This document shows, in pieces, positions 20,996-31,373 of a stretch of DNA of 64,000 nt. Every line of letters starts with the position of its first letter. The first letter of the stretch is position 1. Made by a program: the position numbers and the translations under genes. Source of the DNA: Polyangiales bacterium (lineage in GTDB: Bacteria; Myxococcota_A; Polyangia; Polyangiales; JADJQN01); the NCBI GenBank assembly GCA_964202905.1, contig CAXNJO010000005.1, positions 224,001 through 288,000 on the forward strand, given 5' to 3'. Under the pieces are notes generated by a model. It was not told where the DNA came from. It did not search any database and was given only the letters and a program-made list of their open reading frames with translations.

Positions 20996-21192
20996 GAGAC
21001 AGCCAGCCGGCTGGCCGTCTCGCGCTACGGCTCGTATGGAACGGGTCGCGCGCAGCGGGCGGACGAGCCCGCGGATGATGTCCCGGCCCACCGTGCGGCG
21101 CGGCGGTATCCCTTGACGCGGACATCGTGTCCCGCAATCCCCGCGCATCGTGGGCGCGCAGCCGCGCCGGGACAGCCAGCCGGCTGGCTGTC
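20996..21192. repeat. Two copies of palindrome GACAGCCAGCCGGCTGGC(C/T)GTC
   Basis: 26-bp near-perfect palindrome at 20996-21021 and 22-bp perfect palindrome at 21171-21192. Confidence 0.9.
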
Positions 21193-21255
21193 TGCGACGA
21201 CGCGCGACGTCGCGCCGCGTGCGCGAGGCGCGGCGATGCACTACCCCTGCGCCGC

Positions 21256-21861
21256 ATGCGCAACCTCTTCATCGCGGTCCTGATGGTCTCCCTGCTCGGC
21301 TGCGCCTCCGAGGCGCAACCCCGCGTCGACGCCGCCGCGGCCGACGCCGCAGCCGCCGACCTCGGCAGCACGGATCTGGGCAGCGCGGATCTGGGCAGCG
21401 CGGACCTGGGCAGCGCGGATCTGGGCAGTGCGGCCCCCGACGCGGCGGCCGCGGACGGCGGGTGCGTGCCGGCGCTCGCGGACATCGAATCGAATCTCGA
21501 CGGGCTGCTCTTCACGGGCGAGAGCGACTACCCGATCTCCTTGGAGCGCTTCCCCGGCAAGGGCGGCGCCGCCCCGACCGCCGCGCTCGTCGCGGAACTC
21601 TCCCTCGCGCCGGCGGGCGCGACGACCGAGACGCGCGACGCCGAGACCTTCTGGCCGCGCGTGGTCGTGGACCCGACGCGGACCCCGCCCATCCCCGACG
21701 CGCGCCCCGCGGCGCTCCGGGCGGCCGTGGAGTCCGCGCTCACGGACCTCACGCTCGTCCGCGTCATCGACCCCGCGAACCCCGTGGAGGTGCGCGTGTA
21801 CCTCGTCGGGCGGACGTGCGGCGCGCTCATCTGGCTGGCCTCGACCTCGATCGAGACCTGA
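21256..21861 (+). CDS. Lipoprotein with nuclease A inhibitor (NuiA)-like domain
   Basis: Lipobox LLGC; DLGSA x5 linker; GLLFTGESDYP...VRVYLVGRT...STSIET matches the NuiA family pattern. Confidence 0.75.
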   Translation: MRNLFIAVLMVSLLGCASEAQPRVDAAAADAAAADLGSTDLGSADLGSADLGSADLGSAAPDAAAADGGCVPALADIESNLDGLLFTGESDYPISLERFPGKGGAAPTAALVAELSLAPAGATTETRDAETFWPRVVVDPTRTPPIPDARPAALRAAVESALTDLTLVRVIDPANPVEVRVYLVGRTCGALIWLASTSIET

Positions 21862-21928
21862 TCGGCGCCCGGCCACAGCCGCGCGCGCGAGCCGAACCAC
21901 CCGCCGCCAACCGCACTACGCTGCGCGC

Positions 21929-22354
21929 ATGACACTCCGCCGCGCGTTCTCCATCGCCGTCTATCCGCGCTTCGAGGGGCGCGTGCTGCTCATCCGCCAC
22001 AAGCGGCTCGGCACCTGGCTCCCGCCCGGCGGCGAGCTCGAGCCGGGCGAGACCCCGCTCGAGGCCGCACGCCGCGAGCTGCGCGAAGAGACGGGGCTGG
22101 AGGGACACTTCCCGCGCACATCCCACGTCGACGGGACGCCGCTCGGCCTCATCGGCTACGAAGAACACGTCGCGGGCAGCAAGGGGCTGCACCTCAACTT
22201 CGTGTTCGTCGCCGACGTGACGACCGACGCCGTCACACCCAACGACGAGTTCGGCGAGTGGCGCTGGGTGACGGACGACGACGCGCCGTGGGACGACGCC
22301 CCGCGCAACGTGGCCGAGCTGGCGCGCATCGCCCTCGCCGCGCCGCGGGCGTGA
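21929..22354 (+). CDS. NUDIX hydrolase
   Basis: Nudix box GGELEPGETPLEAARRELREETG. Confidence 0.92.
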   Translation: MTLRRAFSIAVYPRFEGRVLLIRHKRLGTWLPPGGELEPGETPLEAARRELREETGLEGHFPRTSHVDGTPLGLIGYEEHVAGSKGLHLNFVFVADVTTDAVTPNDEFGEWRWVTDDDAPWDDAPRNVAELARIALAAPRA

Positions 22355-22434
22355 GACGCACGACACCGCGCACCTCGCCCGTGCGCCGCGCGACCGTTGA
22401 CGCGACGCCACCGCTCCTCGATGCTCTCGCGACG

Positions 22435-23061
22435 ATGCCGCTCCCCGACCCGTCCTCCGCGCGCACCCGCCGCGGCGTGACCGCGCTGCTCGCGCTCGCG
22501 GGCGTCGCGTGCCTCGCCGCCGCCGCCACCGCGCAGACACCGCCGGGCGCCCCACAGAACGCGCGCACGACGCCGGGCGCGCAGCAGGCGCAGAGCGCCC
22601 CCGCGCCGCGTGCGCAGCCTGCGCGGGGCGCGTCGGCCGCGCAGCCTGCCCCGGCCGCCCCGCCCGCCCCGCCTGCGACGGACGTGCCCGCCGGCATGTA
22701 CCGCGTCGACCTCCACGTGCGCGGCGTGCGCGGCCGCTCAGGCTTCATCCGCGGCGGTCTCTACGACGGACCACGCAAATGGGCCGAAGAGCCCGGCAGC
22801 ATGGCCCACTGCGCGGCCCCGGTGCGCGGCAGCGAGGTGGTCTGCGCCTTCACGATCCCCGCGCGCCCCGGCGTCTACGCCGCGGCTTTCTATCACGACG
22901 AAAACGCCAACGACCACTTCGACACCGGCTTCCTCGGCATCCCGAAAGAGGGATACGCCTTCAGCCGCAACCCGAGCGTCGTCCTCTCCCGGCCGAGCTA
23001 CTCGAGCGCCGCCTTCCGCCTCCCCGCGACCCGCCTCCCCGTCGCGACGATGCGGTACTGA
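22435..23061 (+). CDS. DUF2141 family exported protein
   Basis: Signal peptide; GVYAAAFYHDENAN...GIPKEGYAFSRN. Confidence 0.85.
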   Translation: MPLPDPSSARTRRGVTALLALAGVACLAAAATAQTPPGAPQNARTTPGAQQAQSAPAPRAQPARGASAAQPAPAAPPAPPATDVPAGMYRVDLHVRGVRGRSGFIRGGLYDGPRKWAEEPGSMAHCAAPVRGSEVVCAFTIPARPGVYAAAFYHDENANDHFDTGFLGIPKEGYAFSRNPSVVLSRPSYSSAAFRLPATRLPVATMRY

Positions 23062-23171
23062 GCGACGCGCGCGCGGAGGCGGCGCGGCCCCGTCGGCGCG
23101 GTGTCAACGCCTGACGCGTGATGGCCGCGCGACGTGGATGACGGTAGGCCGCGAATGCGGTGTGCGCGCGC

Positions 23172-25723
23172 TCAGCGCGGAACCCGACACCAATCTCCAA
23201 ACTGACTTGAGGCTGCAGTCGTGAAGCGCCGGAGGCGCAAATAGAGCCGCTGCGCACCCGCGCAATCGCCCTGTTGCAAGAGAATGCCCACGCGATTCGT
23301 TCCCGTTCGCCCGATTCGTGCGCGAAGCACACGGGCCCAAGGCCCCTCCGCCGTCGAGAGTCGCTGCGCACGCTCCAGAGCATCAATCGCTCCGAGAATG
23401 TCCCCGCGATCGAGAAATGCGATCCCATCAACCGACGCGACTTCTGCGGGCGGGAGTCCCGATGGGGGCGGCAGTGCACGCGGGGCTCCGACCCCAGGCT
23501 GCGGTGCCGCAGGCGCTCGATAGGGATTGTCGTCCGGGGACACCCGAACCGAACCGATGTCGTCGAGCGCGGCAAGCGGATCGTCAGAGTCGCCATCCCC
23601 GCCCGCGACAATGGGCAGATTATCCCCAGCACCCGGAGTCGCGAGGTCCGGCAAGCGATTTCCATAGAACTCGGATTCCGAGTCTGCAGAACTCCGACTC
23701 GACGAACGGCCACGCCCCCCGCGGCGGCGCGTCGGACGGAGGATCTCTCGACCACGGACACCACGACATCCGAGGGCAGTATTTCCCACGCCGGGCTGCG
23801 CCTCGACAGGAGCCACACCGCCCCGCCCTGGCATGCCCGCTGAGAGCCGCGTCCCATGCACCGATACGACGTGCGCATCGCACAACAGAGCCACGGACGA
23901 GCCGCCGGACCCCGCGCCTCCCTGTCCGCCTTGGCCTCCGCGCCCGCCCGCGCCTCCCGCCCCGCCGGCACCCACTTCATCGGTGTCCACGGCGCCTCCA
24001 GCACCGCCTTGACCGCCCACTCCGCCTGCGCCTCCCAAACCTCCATTGCCACCGTCACCACCAGGGCCGGTTTGTATCGAAGAACTGTAGATCTCAGCGC
24101 CGCTCGCCCCACCAAGAAGCACCACTCCGAACAAACCTCCGCCGTGTTGTCCGCCCCGCCCACCGCTGCCGCCGCAGCCGCCGCTTCCTCCGCCACCACC
24201 ACCGTTTCCGACGCCATCGTGGCAGAAGAGCATGCAAGTCTCCCCGCCGCCGCCACCGCCACCACCGCCGCCGCCGCCGGGAGCGCCCGCCTCACCGGAG
24301 GCACCGTCCACGCCGGTATAGAAGCCCTCGGCATTCCACGCCCAAGGCTGTCCCGGCCCTCCCAGTTCTCCTCCCCGCCCTCGACGCCCTTGCCGCCGGG
24401 GTCTCCAAGCGAGCTCATCGCCCCCCCGCGGCCACCCATCGCGGTGCCGATGGGTTTGCCCGGGCTGGCGTATGCGTTCTCCGAACCGCCGCCCGCACCA
24501 CCCTCTCCGCCAACCGCAACGGAGCCGCAGTGCGAGCCCGCACCACGCCCTCCCACCCCGCCGACCTCACCGTCGTCATCGCCGCTTCCCGGTAATCCGG
24601 CATGACCCCGCCATCCATGGGCACCCGGGGAACCCTCGCGTCCCGGTGCTCCGGCGACCGCATGGTCGAGGCTGATAGTCACGTATCGCAGAGACAGCCC
24701 CGGACAGTTGCGACACCAGACGCCATGCACGTCGGCGCCCGGGTCGAGCGTCCCGACGCCGCTGTTGTCGATGCGCACACGCTCGATCACCGTCCGCTGA
24801 ATCACATTCTCGCCGGAAACGATCCGCAGCCAGCGACCGTGTGACCAGCGGCCCAGAATCCGTGTCTCGCCGGCTCGGCGCGTCTGGGTCCAGGCACGCC
24901 GCGCATCGAATCCGCCATGGATGGAAACCCCACTCACGACCCGGACGAACTCCCAATAATCTCCCACGGAAACCAGCACGTGATGACGACTCGTCTGCTG
25001 CGCGAGCGCCACCGCCGCATCGATCGAACCGAGCGGGTCCGCCGGGCTTCCGAGCGTGCCGCTCGCCCCTTGTCGCACGTAGACCGAGTCGGTGACGACG
25101 CCATCATAACCATCACAATCGGAGTCGACGCCGCGATCATCGATGATGTCGAGGCCGACCTTTGGTCGACACCGATATTCGCATCCATTCCAAACGAGTC
25201 CGTCCCGATCATAGAGACCGGATGGACACTGCCGCCCGCACGCGCCATCCGAACACACCGGGTTCCAGCCACCAGGCTCGGCCTCGCAGGCGTTCCCGCA
25301 CGCTCCGCAGTGCTCGACCGACCAGAGCAGGGGAGTCTCGCAACCATCCGATTCGTCCTCGTTGCAGTCCGCGGTGCCGCTCGGGCAGTAGCGCTGCTCC
25401 TCAGGGATTGCTTCTGGCGCACTGACACCCCTAGGGACGAACTGCGTGCGCGAGAGGAAGGATATCGACCTCTGTCGGAGTGGGGGTCGAGCCGCAACCA
25501 CATCGACGGAGGACACCGCCAGCGGATTGTGGCGGCCGCGCAGATGACGCTGCCAAGCAAATTCCGAAGTCACAGCGCCAAACCGGCTATCGGCTGCCTC
25601 CTGGTCCGACGCGCTCGAGCACGACGCCACGATCCATGCGAGCGCGACGAGCGCCAGTCGGACGACGCCGCGCTCGCCGACTGACCCGTGATGGCGAATT
25701 CGGACGAGGCGTTCAAGTCTCAT
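23172..25723 (-). CDS. Mosaic lipoprotein (Cys-rich, DUF1565-like, Gly-rich, helical C-terminus), frameshift near 24320
   Basis: Lipobox VASC; DGCET...HCGACGNAC; DSDCDG; GSPADPLGSI..A, GDY.E, IHGGF; Gly-rich tract continues into the 23172..24311 frame. Confidence 0.7.
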
Positions 25724-27092
25724 CGCTACTCTCCACGCAACGCTGCAACCGCCCACGAAGCACGTCCGCGGAGATCCGATCCTCTCCGCTCACACGTCGG
25801 AGGGCATCCAGCCCTTGCTGACCGAGGCGCCTCCGCTCGGTCGCGTCCTCCTTGACCGTGCACTGGTCGTAGAGTTCTTCCGCGCGACGCAGTTCAGGTG
25901 ACGACGCCGGCTCGATCGTCACTGTTCGCGTGTCGGGTCCACTCACCACGACCGCATGCTCACCAGGTGGAAGGTTGGAATCCGCGGGAGACGGAGTCTG
26001 CGCGACGACGACAGGGACTCCCACCGCGATGGGCGCGGCGGGGGCGTCCGGAGAGGGCGGTGCCGGCGTCACGTCGACGGCGGGCGCAGAGATGGGTGTG
26101 GCGACAATGGTCGCCGCGGTGTCTGCCGCCGCATTGGCGGCGCTCGGAGACAGGGCGTCACCCGTCCGGAGCGTGACCGTTCCCCGGCCCATCCCGTCCC
26201 ACCACGAGAGCCGGGTCACCCAGACGGCGTATTTCCCGGGTGGCGGCGCGTCGAGATCAAGCGCGAGTTCCACCGGGCGACCGCGCGCAGCGTACTGCTC
26301 CGCATGGCCCGCCTCACACGCGGAGCGCTCGCGATACTCGCTGTCGACGCAGGACTGCGTGCCGTCCGGCGCGCGCAGGATCATCGCGACGGGGAAATTC
26401 ATCTTCAGATCGACGTGCAGATGGGGCACGTCACTGCCCACTTCGAAGACGAAGGTCGGGTGCTCGGACGCGATGCCCCGACATGCCGGCTCGCCCCCCT
26501 CCCCGTTCAAGAACACGTAGCGACTCGCGGCCGGCGTCTCCCGGCAATATTCCTGCGGGGCGACGTGCACACTCTTCTCGACCGTGAGCCGATCGATCAC
26601 AGGGGCACTGGCCGGGTTGACGCGCAGCCCCTCCGGCACCGTCCCGTTCGCCACCCGGTAGTCGGCCGCGTCGTCGCAGTAGTCATTGAGCGGCGGGAGT
26701 TCGGCCGACAGCGTCCCGGTGAAGCGCGCGGCGCAGTCCTGCGGACACACCGAGCCCCAGGGCGAATGTTCCGCCGGGCTGCACCGACCATCCCCGCACT
26801 GCACCGCGGTACAAAGCTCCGCGGCGATGCCGGCTGGCCCGTCCGCCTCGCCGCGCGAACGCCACCAGTAGCCCACGGCGCTCACGACCAGCGCGAAGAC
26901 CACCCAGCGGGGCCAACGGCGCTTCGGTCGCAACGCGGTGTCGTCAACGTACTGGGGCATCGGCCTCGGCGCGGGGCTGGACGGCGGGAGCCGGATCCCG
27001 AGCGCACGACGCGCGGCGCGGCGCGCGAGGCGCGCCTGCCGGAGCGCCTCCTTCCGCGCCGCATCGCCGTCGGGAGACCACTCCTCCGACAC
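25713..27092 (-). CDS. Single-pass membrane protein with Cys-rich motif and PPC-like beta-sandwich
   Basis: TM WVVFALVVSAVGYWW; CGDGRCS...CPQDC; ILRAPDG..SC.D...PPGKYAVWV. Confidence 0.65.
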   Translation of the reverse strand: MSEEWSPDGDAARKEALRQARLARRAARRALGIRLPPSSPAPRPMPQYVDDTALRPKRRWPRWVVFALVVSAVGYWWRSRGEADGPAGIAAELCTAVQCGDGRCSPAEHSPWGSVCPQDCAARFTGTLSAELPPLNDYCDDAADYRVANGTVPEGLRVNPASAPVIDRLTVEKSVHVAPQEYCRETPAASRYVFLNGEGGEPACRGIASEHPTFVFEVGSDVPHLHVDLKMNFPVAMILRAPDGTQSCVDSEYRERSACEAGHAEQYAARGRPVELALDLDAPPPGKYAVWVTRLSWWDGMGRGTVTLRTGDALSPSAANAAADTAATIVATPISAPAVDVTPAPPSPDAPAAPIAVGVPVVVAQTPSPADSNLPPGEHAVVVSGPDTRTVTIEPASSPELRRAEELYDQCTVKEDATERRRLGQQGLDALRRVSGEDRISADVLRGRLQRCVESSDET

Positions 27093-27098
27093 TCCCGC

Positions 27099-28377
27099 TC
27101 AGCGCGAAACCGGGCGGCGCCGCAGGCGACGCACCAACGCGAAACCGAGCGCGACGAACAGCCCCGCAGTCGGCATGCGCGACGAGCCCGACGCCGCCCC
27201 CACGTTTGCGATCGAGCAACCGCCACTGTCGGTCAGCGAGGCGGGCGGATTCACGCCGCAGTAAATGTCGGCCTTGAACGTGTGCTCGGGAATGGGCGCG
27301 ACGGGAACCTCGATGTCATCAAGCGAATTTTCCCATCGCTTGCCCGGCTCTGGCGTGAACCACGTGACGCCAGCCGAACTCGCGGACTTCGTCCGCCATT
27401 GAATGACGCCGCGCTCATCGGCGGTAGGGTAGATCACCGCAAGTTCTGTGAGATCCCGCTTTCCAGCGCTCCGTCCCAGCACCGCGAGGTACTGTGCGAA
27501 TAGTTCACGCAGCTTGCCGCCGGTTAGATACACCCGCTTGGGGATCTCCGTTCCTTGCCGCACGAGCTCCGAGCGACACGCCGGCGGTGCCTGCACCACG
27601 GGCGCCGCGGGGGCCGCCTGCGGAACGCCGCCATCCTCGTCGATGGGACAGCGCTCGTCGGGGTGCGCCTCCGCCGCGGCCTGCGCCTGCTGCTGCTCGA
27701 CAGTCTCCGGACACGGGAAGACGAAGGCGACGGTCGACTGGTTCGCGGCGAGGGCCACATCGGCTTGGCCATCCGCGCCGCGCGGGGAGGTCGTCGGCGG
27801 CGATGCCGAGCGAGGCCAGATCACCGGGCTGCATCTGGAAGAGGCGGCTGCCGAAGTAGGCCTGGTGGATGTCGTCGTAGGAGATGTTGAAGGTGCGGTG
27901 GAGGTAGTCGGCGACGCGGCGCGCGCGCTCCTGCGAGAGCCGCACGTTCGTCGACATGTCGCCCGTCTGGCTCGCGCGGCCGAGGACGATGATCTTGGAG
28001 TTCGGGTAGCGCTGGTAGGTGCGGGCGACCTCGCGCAGGTCGGCCTGCGCGTGGGCGAGGTGATCGCTCGAGACGACGTCCGTCGTGTCGAAGCGGCCGC
28101 GGCCCGCCTTGTAGAAGACCCGCGCGGGATAGAGCGCCGCATCCGACGCGATGAGCTGGAGCGTCGACGGATCGACCCGCTGCTCGAGCAGATCGCCGAT
28201 GCCGGCGCGCGGGATGCAGTTGCCCGAAGGACAGAAGCGGATGAGCGTGCGGATGGCGTCGTAGACGCCGCGGCGCCGGCAGATCGGCGGCAGATCTTGC
28301 GCGTCTGCCGCCGCGGGCGCGAACGCCCCGAAGAGAAGGACACCCAGCAGCGCCGCGCCGAAGACGCGCGCGCTCAA
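27099..28377 (-). CDS. OmpA-like domain protein with MYXO-CTERM-like tail, frameshift near 27785
   Basis: Signal peptide; IIVLGRASQTG...NVRLSQERARRVADYL; tail GGCSI...GLFVALGFALVRRLRRR; TTG overlaps the upstream TGA. Confidence 0.7.
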
Positions 28378-29432
28378 TCGATGCGAACCGATGCGCGATT
28401 GATCCATTGGTTGAACTCTTTCCCTTCCGGCGTCTCGACCGACATCGCTCCGAAGCAGATGCGGTCGGGCGTGCCCGCCGGCGTAATGTAGACGAACGCT
28501 GGAAACTTGAGGCCCGGAATGGCGCGGAGCAGGGGGCCGAAATGCTCCTGCGTGACGGCGGCGAAGGGGAGCCCGCTCGCGCCGATGCGCGCCGCGTTGC
28601 CGCCCGCGTAGGGCGGGCGACGTCCGTCCCAGTCGCTCTCGAAGAGCACCTCCGTGATCCGCACGGCCGGATGCTCGCGCGCCGCCATCCCGAGCGTCGC
28701 GAGCTCCTCCATGCAGGGCCGACACACGAGCTGCCCGAGCACGACCACGAGCGGCGAACCCGTCTCTCCGCTGCCCGCCGCGAAGCGACCGAGCGTCGTT
28801 CGCGCGCCGAGCGTGAACTCGGAGTGGCCCTCCTCCACGGAGAGTTGTGTCGCCGGGAGCTCACGGAGAAAATCCCACGTCGCGCGCGTCAGCGGCTTGC
28901 ACTCCGCGGCGCGGGGCGGGGGGTCTTCGCCCTCTGCCGTTGCGCTCCGTGAGGCTTCGACTTGTTCTATCGGCGCAGAGTCCTGCACAGGTGGCTGGTC
29001 CCCGGTCGGACCGACGCTCTCAGTCGAAACGAGATGTCCCTTCGGCGCCACGAACCCAAACGAGCCAACTGCGCCCAGGACCAACCCCAAGACGCAACTG
29101 AGCACGGCGATCAGAACGACGCTCCAGACGGGCGCGCGATGCGAAACTGAACGCCCCCTGAGTCCTGTTGGCTCGTCGCGCTTCGAAGACGGGGCGGACG
29201 AGACAGTTCCTTTTTTTTGCGGAACGTCCTCGAAGTGCGTGGTGCGCGGACGCTCGAGACCCGCGGTGGCTGATGCCTCGGCATCATTTCCCTCAGGCGA
29301 CGCCGCATTTCGCGCTGACAGCCCTCGAGCAGGCGAACGCTCGCCTACCGACCTTGTAACCGCCCCTTCGGCAGTATTCGGATGTTCATCAGTCGTCTTG
29401 GTACTTGCATTTTTGTCGGGTGAAGTTCTCAC
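28374..29432 (-). CDS. Membrane-anchored thioredoxin-fold (TlpA-like) protein
   Basis: TM helix, VVVLGQLVCRPCMEEL CxxC, and FPAFVYI cis-Pro strand. Confidence 0.7.
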   Translation of the reverse strand: MRTSPDKNASTKTTDEHPNTAEGAVTRSVGERSPARGLSARNAASPEGNDAEASATAGLERPRTTHFEDVPQKKGTVSSAPSSKRDEPTGLRGRSVSHRAPVWSVVLIAVLSCVLGLVLGAVGSFGFVAPKGHLVSTESVGPTGDQPPVQDSAPIEQVEASRSATAEGEDPPPRAAECKPLTRATWDFLRELPATQLSVEEGHSEFTLGARTTLGRFAAGSGETGSPLVVVLGQLVCRPCMEELATLGMAAREHPAVRITEVLFESDWDGRRPPYAGGNAARIGASGLPFAAVTQEHFGPLLRAIPGLKFPAFVYITPAGTPDRICFGAMSVETPEGKEFNQWINRASVRID

Positions 29433-30391
29433 CTTGGCCCCGCCGATGCACGACTTGCACGGTCAAGCGTACGCGCAGGCTCCTCGATTCCCTTCCAGAA
29501 CGCGCTGAACCACGAAGACCTCATCGCCTCCACCGGACGTTCTTTTCGACGATCAAAGAGGTCTAGCCCAAACTGATGCAGCAATCTCTCGACTCCTTCC
29601 TCGTCCTTTCGATGAAGTCCGAAAGCAATGTATTCTTCGCCCGCAAAATACACACCAACATTTCCATCGTAGCGAAGTGCTTGGAACCGGTAACCCGCTT
29701 TGCAGCCGGCGATACAGACACCGAGGAAAACACTAAATCCCAACTGTGGGATATCAAGATACCCAGAACCGCCCCCTGCTCGAAACCATGACGTGATAAG
29801 AACACCGAGCGATGCCAGTATCGTCATGATCAAAGGTCCACTGAGCGACGGCTTCTTGTTCGCGGATCGGGTGATGTCTGCGTAATCATCGATGTAGGGC
29901 CTCGCGAGGAACGCAAAGAAGATCGTCCCCATGCCTTGCCCCATGAACCATCCCGCCGCGGCTAGCGAGACCCCAAACAACAGCATTATTCCGCTTGCGG
30001 AACTGAAAAGCATACTCCACGCGACCACAACGAGTTCGGCCAGCAGCGCAACGTAGGCGAAGATGCCGGGGACAATGTACGCCGACTTCGCCATCTTCCT
30101 GCTGACGACAGTCTCATACGCGTCGGTATAGTGCTTGTCGAACCTGGGCTCCACGTCATTCCGGCGACTTATTGGCGGAACCAAGATCGACAAGAACATC
30201 CCTTTCAGTTCGGTCGGAGAGTCTAACTTCGACGGGTCTTTCTCGGCCGCATGTTTCGCGCGATCGAGGATCTCATCTGTAATTGCCGTGTTCTCGAGGC
30301 GATACACATACGCTCTCTCAAACTGATGGTTCTCACCCTCCAGTTCGCGTTTTTGACAGCGGAGGTCATCACCGATCACGAGTTTGCTCAT
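29429..30391 (-). CDS. Hypothetical multi-pass membrane protein (low GC)
   Basis: 320-aa ORF with RBS AGAGGG and about 4 hydrophobic segments; stop overlaps next start. Confidence 0.7.
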   Translation of the reverse strand: MSKLVIGDDLRCQKRELEGENHQFERAYVYRLENTAITDEILDRAKHAAEKDPSKLDSPTELKGMFLSILVPPISRRNDVEPRFDKHYTDAYETVVSRKMAKSAYIVPGIFAYVALLAELVVVAWSMLFSSASGIMLLFGVSLAAAGWFMGQGMGTIFFAFLARPYIDDYADITRSANKKPSLSGPLIMTILASLGVLITSWFRAGGGSGYLDIPQLGFSVFLGVCIAGCKAGYRFQALRYDGNVGVYFAGEEYIAFGLHRKDEEGVERLLHQFGLDLFDRRKERPVEAMRSSWFSAFWKGIEEPARTLDRASRASAGPR

Positions 30392-30456
30392 GTTCCCTCT
30401 TTGGTTCCCGCCAGAAGAACTGCTGAACTCACAGGCGTCCGCTTGTCAAGTGGGTG

Positions 30457-30486
30457 ACGCTAACGCTACGCGGCCGCTGGTGTCAA
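30457..30486 (-). promoter_or_regulatory. Candidate sigma70 promoter for the five-gene operon
   Basis: Minus strand TTGACA-N18-TAGCGT, about 65 nt upstream of ATG 30391. Confidence 0.4.
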
Positions 30487-30857
30487 CGGCTATGATGGCA
30501 GGCAATCACGCCCCTTCTGCGATGGATCCGCGATGCTCGAGCGACGGGCTGGACGCTCAATCAGCACGCATCTTCAGCGCCTCGAGTCTGTGCCGTTGGC
30601 CAAGCGGACGAGCTGAATACGCAGTCGGCGCCACGCCTGCACGCGCTCGCAAGCTCGCGTCCTCCGGCGCCGCACCACGGGACGCGGCCCTACGAGCTGA
30701 CCGGCCGCGGCCGGAAGCGTCGACGCCTCGAAGCTCCTGTGATGAGCCTCGACTGGACTCAACCTACCCCCGCGAAAGATGGTACCTTGTCCGCGAATGC
30801 CGACACCGCCCGGCCTCGCCGGGCCAACTCGAGAAGCCCGCGACGTAGCAGGAGGCC

Positions 30858-31373
30858 ATGATGGAGTGCCCAACATGCGACGGCTCAGGACGGGTTCGCG
30901 TCATCGACCGAGAGTGGTCGGCGTGCGCGAATTGCGAGAACACGATGAGCAGGGAGGCGTACCGTTGCATGCACTGCGGTCACCCGAACCGCGACAACTC
31001 GGGCACGGTCACGCTCACCGACTCGCACGCGGAGACCTGTCCACTGTGTCACGGGTCCAGAAACGTCTCGGACGGGGTCGGGCAACGCGCACGCGCCGTC
31101 AACCGGAGCGGCTGCTTCGGCGCGGGTTCCGGCATTGCCGCCATGCTCCCCGGCACGATCATCGGGGGCGTGGTCGGCGAGAACATCGCGACTGGATTCA
31201 CGTCGCTCCTGACGATGTTCGTCGGAGCACTCATCGGCATGATTGGGTCGTTCGCGCTCCCGGCGATCGTGGCCCTCACCGTGGACGCGCAGGTCGCCAA
31301 CAAGTTCAACACCGTCTACGCGTTCGCGGTCTGGGCGTTGGCCGTCGCCATCGTGCTTGCGTACTGCGGATGA
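30858..31373 (+). CDS. Zinc-finger membrane protein
   Basis: GGAGG RBS; CPTCDGSG, CANC, CMHC and CPLCHGS; about 3 C-terminal TM helices. Confidence 0.7.
   Translation: MMECPTCDGSGRVRVIDREWSACANCENTMSREAYRCMHCGHPNRDNSGTVTLTDSHAETCPLCHGSRNVSDGVGQRARAVNRSGCFGAGSGIAAMLPGTIIGGVVGENIATGFTSLLTMFVGALIGMIGSFALPAIVALTVDAQVANKFNTVYAFAVWALAVAIVLAYCG

Noticed and set aside
23100..30488. GGTGTCAACG at both edges of the low-GC operon as att sites or target duplication
   Set aside because: Only 10 bp, contains the reverse -35 box, GGTGTCAAC recurs at 55764, and no integrase is present; insufficient without an empty-site comparison
30490..30850. Short ORFs or an RNA gene in this gap
   Set aside because: No RBS, motif, tRNA cloverleaf or convincing structure found
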